Below are positions 57,002 through 64,000 of a stretch of DNA of 64,000 bases, piece after piece. Position 1 is the first letter of the stretch; each line of letters opens with the position of its first letter. The notes under the pieces are model-generated. The model did not search any database, was not told the origin of the DNA, and saw only the letters and a list, made by a program, of their open reading frames with translations. The DNA lies in NCBI RefSeq assembly GCF_009914755.1, contig NC_060934.1; one strand, 5' to 3'. Made by a program: the position numbers and the translations under genes. This DNA comes from the human T2T-CHM13v2.0 reference genome, Homo sapiens.

Positions 57002-58927
57002 AGAAACTAAAACAAAAAATGCAACAGGAATAAATCCACATTGAATGATGAAATTTTCACAAAATATCCCTTGTTGACTTGGAGACCCTAGTGGAACAGT
57101 CCGGTAAGCCTCATCAGCTGCTCAAGGCAAACACAGTTGTTAGGGGCCACCGCCATGGCTAGTGAATTATGCAGAAAACAAGGACGCCTTGCAGAACCTC
57201 ATCTCCCACTAGATGCAGCATTTTGTTTGATCAGCAAAGTACCAAAATTTAACAGCTGAGCCATACTAATGAAGTATGGGACTGTGTCTCTTAGAAAAGA
57301 AAGAGAATTGGGAAAATATGCTTCTCTTCCAGAATAATAAAAACGAGAGGCTGTAGCTCAATTATTAGGCTTTGAGAAGTAATCATCAAGAAAGCCAGCA
57401 ATTTCATGCAAATAGAGATGTGACTGAATTACGGTACTCAGCCTACAAAATATGCAGCCTGGTCGTTAAAATGGGAAACTCTTGACAAAGTGAGGAAACT
57501 CAGTAGTGAAATATGAATTTCAATAATTAAACTGGAAAAGAAGCCATTTGTTGTGTCGGAAGGGAGGACTGGGATGCTCCCGCTCCTGAGAGCAGGTGGA
57601 CACAGTGCCCACGTACAGAGTTTGGAGGACATCTGGACTGACTTTTCCAACTTGATTTTGTCTGGGTCACTAATGTCTCCTAGACTGGAGGCATCTGCTC
57701 TAATAGAGTGATCAGGATCACTCATTTTATTTATGGTGGGGGCACACCAAACTCCTCACACTACAGACTTCACCTGCTAGGACCTGACTTTGCCATTAGA
57801 GTTGGAGAGAAAGTATCTTAACTTTGAACATTAGCTTGTTAGTGTCATCAATTTTAACTTGTGCCTCTTTGCAGGAGCTGCTTATTTAGAACTTCGTACT
57901 GGGAATTGCTTTCTTGGCTGCTTAAATTCTGTTCACCACCTTGGCCTTCACAGCCATTGCACCTAATTATGATTCAGGAGATTAAATAAATGAGAAATAT
58001 CCACTCATTTGGCAATCCCTGACCATGGCCTCATTTTTCTAAGACAGTTCTCGGTTGTCTTTTCATTTCCTACCTTGAGTGTTGAGTGAGCTTGGGGCTA
58101 CCAGGGATGTGTGCTTTTTGGGATAGCCACTTGTTTTGTTCAGGTTAGCTCAGAGCACCTGTCAAGCTCTGGAAAGTAGGAAACCTTCTAATTCTGATAG
58201 ACACATACTGGAGTCCCTAGGAACCGGCTACCCCTTCCTGATGTCAGGCACATTCCATGGAAGCAGGGTAGAGCAGCTGGGTGTGTACGGAACCCTGCTT
58301 CTTTTCAGTTGCCCTGCGAAGTACACAGCATCATCTAAGACATCAGAAGCATAACTCGGTAGCTTTTGGGGATGTAGCTGCCATCTAGGAGAGTTTGGCA
58401 ACACGGCCGCACACTCAAATGGTTTATTGCATGCCAAATCTGTGCAGATGGTCAGGAGTACCTGTTGGAGCCTTTCGTTTTGAAATTCCGTAAGAGAAAG
58501 GAACAGACAGTAGTATCCCGTATTCAATCTGATGTGTCCTGTTCATCATGAAAAATTGATTTAGAGCAAACATAAGAAAAAGCTGTAACCTGCAAGCCTT
58601 GTTTGTTAAAATCATGTTTTCCTAAAAGCAGAAAGGGCTTGAATGCCTATTCCTAACCTTTGGGGATTTACTCTTTAACTATTAGAGAGACATGCTCAGG
58701 GACTGTTTCAGAATATATTCTTGAAGAAGCCGTCTCAGACAGGAGGTGCTCAGGTAAACAGAAAGACAGGTCTAATTCACAGCTCCTATGAAATATATCT
58801 TCATTACTTTTCAGGATGTGTTCATTCAGCCTTTAAAATGGGGTATTTTATAATCTAATTGACAGGAGGGTATCATGTTTACCTTTTTCTTTGTGGGCCA
58901 TTTCAGTGTTTTGTTTTTTTATTTCAG

Positions 58928-59022
58928 GATTTCCTAATGGAAACATTCATCATGTTTAAGAACCTCATTGGAAAGAACGTTTACCCCTTCGACTGGGTGA
59001 TCATGAACATGGTGCAAAATAA
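58928..59022 (+). CDS. DOCK1: DOCK1 internal coding exon (95 nt, phase 0/2; probably exon 29), [31 protein letters not shown](K)
   Basis: T-rich acceptor ...gtttttttatttcAG and donor TAA|gtaagt; the translation continues ...KMRTDVV-DFLMETF... as in DOCK1. Confidence 0.96.
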
Positions 59023-59594
59023 GTAAGTGTGGGGAAAACGGCTCTCACCTTTTCTATGGCTCCCAATTCATGTCTGCTGGGAACAGTGGTGTTGCCTGGA
59101 GACCAAGCTGGCTTCAATAAAATGCTCTGCAAACGCTGTTCCTAATTCTGTGCTGCAGACAGTTCTAGGGAGACAGGGACTCTGAGTTTGTGGTGACTTC
59201 CTTATGACAACACAGGGCTCTGGCTCTAAGAACTTGAGCTCCGTCCCCTGGAGAAAAACAGCCTGAAGCTGGATCTCCCCTAGCTGTCATCATGGGCACA
59301 GGGGTTCTGCTCGATGTCGCTCTGCGCTCTCATGTTACCCACATATTTGTATCAGCCCTAGGCACTGTCAGCTCCATGCAAGAGGCTTTTGCAAAGTGTT
59401 GACATTTCACATATTTCAGTTTTTTTAATCATGAGCATTTTCTTCATACTCATTAAATATTGAACTTGTGCCTTGTTTATAATCTCCAGTGAGGGCTGTT
59501 GGTTAATTTTCTAGCACATTGGGTTTTATCATTTCTGTAAGCACTAACAATGACCATAGAATTCTCAATCACGTGGGATTTTTAAAAAGAACTT

Positions 59595-60470
59595 TCTGTT
59601 CATCTCTGTTTTTCTTTCTCATTGCAATTTTTATGGAGATAATTGTGGGTTCATGTGCAGTTGTAGGAAGTCATAGAGATCTTGTGTATAAGGGAGTCGA
59701 TGATGCGATTCACTGATCTTACTCAGATTTCCTCAGTTTAATTTGTATTCATTAGTGTTTGTGTTGAGTTGTGTAGTTTCAGCACATGCATATACTGTGG
59801 ACTCCACCACCACCGTGAAGCCACTGAGTGTTTCCATCACCACAAATGTTCCTCTTGTTGCCCAATTATAGCCACATATACCTCTCCCCTCCCCACTCCA
59901 CCATCCGTAAGCTCTCTCGACCACTCATTCGTTCTTCATTTGTATAATTGCTTCATTTCAAAAATGTTACATAAGTGTAATCATACAGTATATAAGCTTT
60001 CAGCATGGCTGTTTTCACTTTGCTTAATTCACTGGAGATCCATTTAGGTTGTTGCCTGTATCAATAGCTTATTCCTTTTTATTGCTGGGTAGTGTCCCAT
60101 GGTACGCCTGGACCAAGTGTGATGAACCATTTTCCTGTTGAAGGACGTCTGGGCTATCCCCAGTTTGTGGCTCTTACGAATAAAGCTGCCACCAGCCTTC
60201 GTGCATCAGTTTTTGGGTGAACATGAGTTCGTTTCTGTGGCATAAATGCCTTCCTGGACAAATGCTGGCTTGTTGGGTAATTGCACATTTCGTGACGTAG
60301 GAAACTGCCAATCTATGGCTGTACCATTTTACGTTCCCACCAGCCATGTAAGTGATTCGGTTGCTCCGCATCCAGCCTTTGCCGTTGACACTGTTTTTGC
60401 TTTTAGCCATGCTGATAGGTGTGTAGTGTATCTCCCTAGGATGTTAAATTGAATTTCCTGTGATGGCTTT
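59595..60470 (-). mobile_element. L1MC/MD-type fragment
   Basis: CCATTTTACGTTCCCACCAGC and TTTTAGCCATGCTGATAGGTGTGTAGTG. Confidence 0.8.
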
Positions 60471-62159
60471 GCCTCTCTTTAATGCCTATTGTCCTTCCCT
60501 TCGACAAATCCAAAGCAGCACGACCTTTCCTTTGGCCTCCTCTGGGTTTTTCTGCTTTCTGGGGCAGCAGAGACAGATTGGCCTTGTGTACCGTGGCTGC
60601 GGGAGTCCTACAAACCTCCCCGAGGGGTAAGCATGAGGGAGGGAGTGATGTTCACCCCGCGTCAGATGTTACTGAGCTGGAAGTCTCCTTCCACACATCA
60701 AAGATGGCATCTGAGAGTAGATGGTGAGGAAGCCCCGGAGACCCTGGCATTGCTGTAGCCTTAGCTCTGGCCCGGGGAGCAGAGTGGGGGTCTTGACCTC
60801 TGCTCCTCCTCACTCTTCCACCTGCTGGGTGACTTTAAATTATTCCTGTGGCCTTCTCTCAGCTTCTCAGTCGTCATCTAGAAAATGGTGGACTTAATAG
60901 AAAGCACTGGTCTTTTCCCTTTTTCTCTGTTAGGATGAACTTTTGTGATTGACAGTCTAGATTTCCTCTGAAGAGCTCTAGAGCGTTGTGTCTTTAATGG
61001 CTGTATTTTGCACATAGTGAAAACAAGCAAACACATCAGCAACAATAATCAAAAACCCCGCTGTCCTGGAGCCATAGATCTCATGACATCATTGGCCAGG
61101 AGCAGAGGTGTGGCTGAGCAGGCGCCTGAGCACAGGGTGTGGAGGCGGCCCGTGTGGATGCTGCTCTCCGCCTCTTGACTCCTCTACGTGTAGACCTGAC
61201 CTTCTGGGTCTCCCAGCAGAGCAGCACGTCCTGGCTCTCAGGCTGTGGATTCCGTGGCCCTGGGTGAGCACTGCTCTGACAAAGGTCAGGCGGGATGGGC
61301 TCCCTGAAGTTGCATTCATGTCGCTCCTACTCCGAGGGTCTCCCGTTTAGGAGGGAATAGTCAAAATCTACTTAGTTCATGATTTTTTTTTTTTTTTTTT
61401 TATAATTGAGAGCCTGTTTTCAGTTGGAACATCATAGCCGCATCATTCTCTCTTCCTACTTCACTGTCTTCCTCCTGCCGCCAACCCTGCGCTACGTAAG
61501 GGTTGCTGCAGCACTGGCCGTGATGCAAAGCCACACAGTAAGTGGTCTGGGGCTCAACCCTGGGAGTGCTATGGTTCTGGTTTCCTTCTCCAGAGACCCT
61601 GTCCAGCTTCTCCTGGGATATTCTGTTGTTTCTGGGGTGAGCAGGTGGCTTGATCCACATTCCTTGGAATCATGAATTTGCTGCAAACCAGTGGCAACCT
61701 TCCCTGGCCAGCACCCCTACTCACTAGAGCCCCTTCACAGGGTATGGCGCCTGACAGAGGTACCCGCGCTGCAGCAGCAGGTTGGTACAGTGGCATTTTG
61801 GACCAAAGCCTTTGCGTCTTAGAAACCGGGAAGAGAGTCTTTTGTTTTGAGGACAGGGAAACTCTGGGGAGAAGCCACAGTGCTCAGTGTCCTCTCAGCA
61901 GTTGATTGGATGAGACTTCTGAGGATAAAGTCTACCTTGGTGATAATAAAGTCCACCTTGTTCTCTTGTTCATCGTGTACACGGACTGCAGCTGGAAAGA
62001 CGTCTTGACAAGGGAAGCAGCCTGAATGTAAAATCCCTACAGTTTATTTTCTGTTTTACATAAAATGTTATCCTGAACCTTCTAATCAAGGATTCCAGTA
62101 CTGTGAGGCCAGGTCGTTGAGCAGTGTTTCCTCCATGGGAGCTTCCTGCAGAGAAGTGA

Positions 62160-63866
62160 TGTGTGCCTGTGTGTGTACCCATGCTCATCTGTGTGTGTAC
62201 CTGCATGTGTGTGCATGTGGGTGTGCGTGTGTGTACCCGTGCTCATCTGTGTGTGTCCCTGCATGTGTGTGCATGTGGGTGTGTGTGTACTCGTGCTCAT
62301 CTGTGTGTCCTTGCATGTGTGTGCGTGTGGGTGTGCATGTGTGTACCCGTGCTCATCTGTGTGTGTGCATGTGGGTGTGTGTGTGTACCCGTGCTCATCT
62401 GTGTGTGTCCCTGCATGTGTGTGCGTGGGTGTGCGTGTGTGTACCCGTGCTCATCTGTGTGTGTGCATGTGTGTGTGTGTGTGTGTACCCGTGCTCATCT
62501 GTGTACCTGCACGTGTGTGCATGTGGGTGTGTGTGTGTACCCGTGCTCATCTGTGTGTGTGCATGTGGGTGTGTGTGTGTGTACCTGCATGTGTGTGCAT
62601 GTGGGTGTCTGTATGTGTGTACCCGTGCTCATGTGTGTGTGCATGTGGGTGTGTGTGTACCTGTGCTCATCTGTGTGTGTACCTGCATGTGTGTGCATGT
62701 GTGTGTGCCTGCATGTGTGTGCGTGTGTACCCGTGCTCATCTGTGTGTGTCCCTGCATGTGTGTGCATGCGGGTGTGTGTGTGTGTACCTGCGTGGGTGT
62801 GCGTGGGTGTACCTGCATGTGTGTGCATGTGGGTGTGTGTGTGTGCCTGCATGTGTGTGCATGTGGGTGTGGGTGTGTCTGCATGTGTGTGCATGTGGGT
62901 GTGCGTGTGTGTACCCGTGCTCATCTGTGTGTGTGCATGTGGGTGTGTGTGTACCTGCATGTGTGTGCATGTGGGTGTGTGTGTACCCATGCTCATCTGT
63001 GTGTGTACCTGCATGTGTGTGCGTGTGTGTGTGCCTGCATGTACCCGTGCTCATCTGTGTGTGTGCATGTGGGTGTGTGTGTACCTGCATGTGTGTGCAT
63101 GTGGGTGTGTGTGTACCCGTGCTCATCTGTGTGTGTACCTGCATGTGTGTGCATGTGGGTGTGTGCCTGCATGTACCCGTGCTCATCTGTGTGTGTGCAT
63201 GTGGGTGTGTGTGTACCTGCATGTGTGTGCATGTGGGTGTGCGTGTACCTGCATGTGTGTGCATGTGGGTGTGCGTGTACCTGCATGTGTGTGCATGTGG
63301 GTGTGCGTGTGTGTACCCGTGCTCATCTGTGTGTGTGCATGTGGGTGTGTGTGTGTGTACCTGCATGTGTGTGCATGTGGGTGTGGGTGTGTACCTGCAT
63401 TGTGTGCATGTGGGTGTGCGTGTGTGTACCTGCATGTGGGTGTGCGTGTGTGTACCCGTGCTCATCTGTGTGTGCATGTGTGTGTGTACCCGTGCTCATC
63501 TGTGTGCATGTGGGTGTGTGTGTGTGTACCCGTGCTCCTCTGTGTGCATGTGGGTGTGTGTGTGTACCCATGCTCATCTGTTTGTGTACCTGCATGTGTG
63601 TGCGTGTGTGTGTGTGTGTACCTGTGCTCTTCTGTGTATGTGCATGTGGGTGTGTGTGTGTACCCGTGCTCCTCTGTGTGCATGTGGGTGTGTGTGTGTG
63701 TACCCGTGCTCGTCTGTGTGTGTACCTGTATGTGTGTGCATGTGGGTGTGTGTGTGTGTGTACCCGTGCTCATCTGTGTGTGTGCATGTGTGTGTGTGTG
63801 TACCCGTGCTCATCTGTGTGTGTACCTGCATGTGTGTGCATGTGGCTGTGTGTGTGTACCTGTGTG
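62160..63866. repeat. About 1.7 kb GT-rich modular VNTR
   Basis: Modules GTACCCGTGCTCATCT (about 20 copies), GTACCTGCAT and GCATGTGGGT, joined by variable (GT)n. Confidence 0.97.
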
Positions 63867-64000
63867 CTGAGGTGTTGGTTTCAAGTAAAGACACTTTTAT
63901 TTGCAGAGATTCTTACTCTCAGAAGCTCAAACAAACCCATATTCCTATCCCAGTTGACACATTCAGCAGAAACAAGCTCCCAAGCCCACACAGCACAAGA

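Noticed and set aside
55084-59740. Shared CTTACTCAGATTTC near 55087 and 59718
   Set aside because: Both appear to lie in or beside related old L1M fragments, so common repeat ancestry is sufficient.
61925-61960. Short tandem ATAAAGTC(T/C)ACCTTG x2
   Set aside because: Ordinary slippage-scale duplication with no further structure.
62160-63866. CRISPR-like appearance (constant GTACCCGTGCTCATCT with variable spacers)
   Set aside because: The spacers are built from the same low-complexity modules rather than unique sequence; the context is a primate intron with no cas genes.
62161-63870. 569-aa Cys/Val-rich ORF and antisense His/Thr-rich ORFs
   Set aside because: Translation artefacts of the GT-rich VNTR; no promoter, splice or domain evidence.

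Overview
Primate (almost certainly human) genomic DNA, nearly all intronic. Two short coding exons of DOCK1 (DOCK180, Rac GEF) lie on the + strand at 49603-49704 (GNFVACMTAILRQMEDYHYAHLIKTFGKMRTDVV) and 58928-59022 ([31 protein letters not shown]). They splice in frame, and neither appears in the ORF track. Bases 1-49602 are the 3' part of a very large DOCK1 intron; from memory this is the 10q26 intron hosting antisense INSYN2A/FAM196A, but no INSYN2A exon was recognised here. The rest is typical interspersed repeat: about 16 Alus, a young 5'-truncated L1PA, several old L1M, MER41/MaLR/MER21 LTR pieces, DNA transposons (MER58A, MER53 x2, Tigger4a, MER1B, Tigger3), MIR/L2 and a 1.7 kb GT-rich modular VNTR. 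I found no convincing new multi-gene system. The best leads are a 132-nt near-perfect hairpin not recognised as a repeat, a candidate poison exon, a triple UPRE/CRE-like motif cluster, two template-switch palindromes and the VNTR. Repeat subfamily calls and old-repeat boundaries are by eye and approximate.
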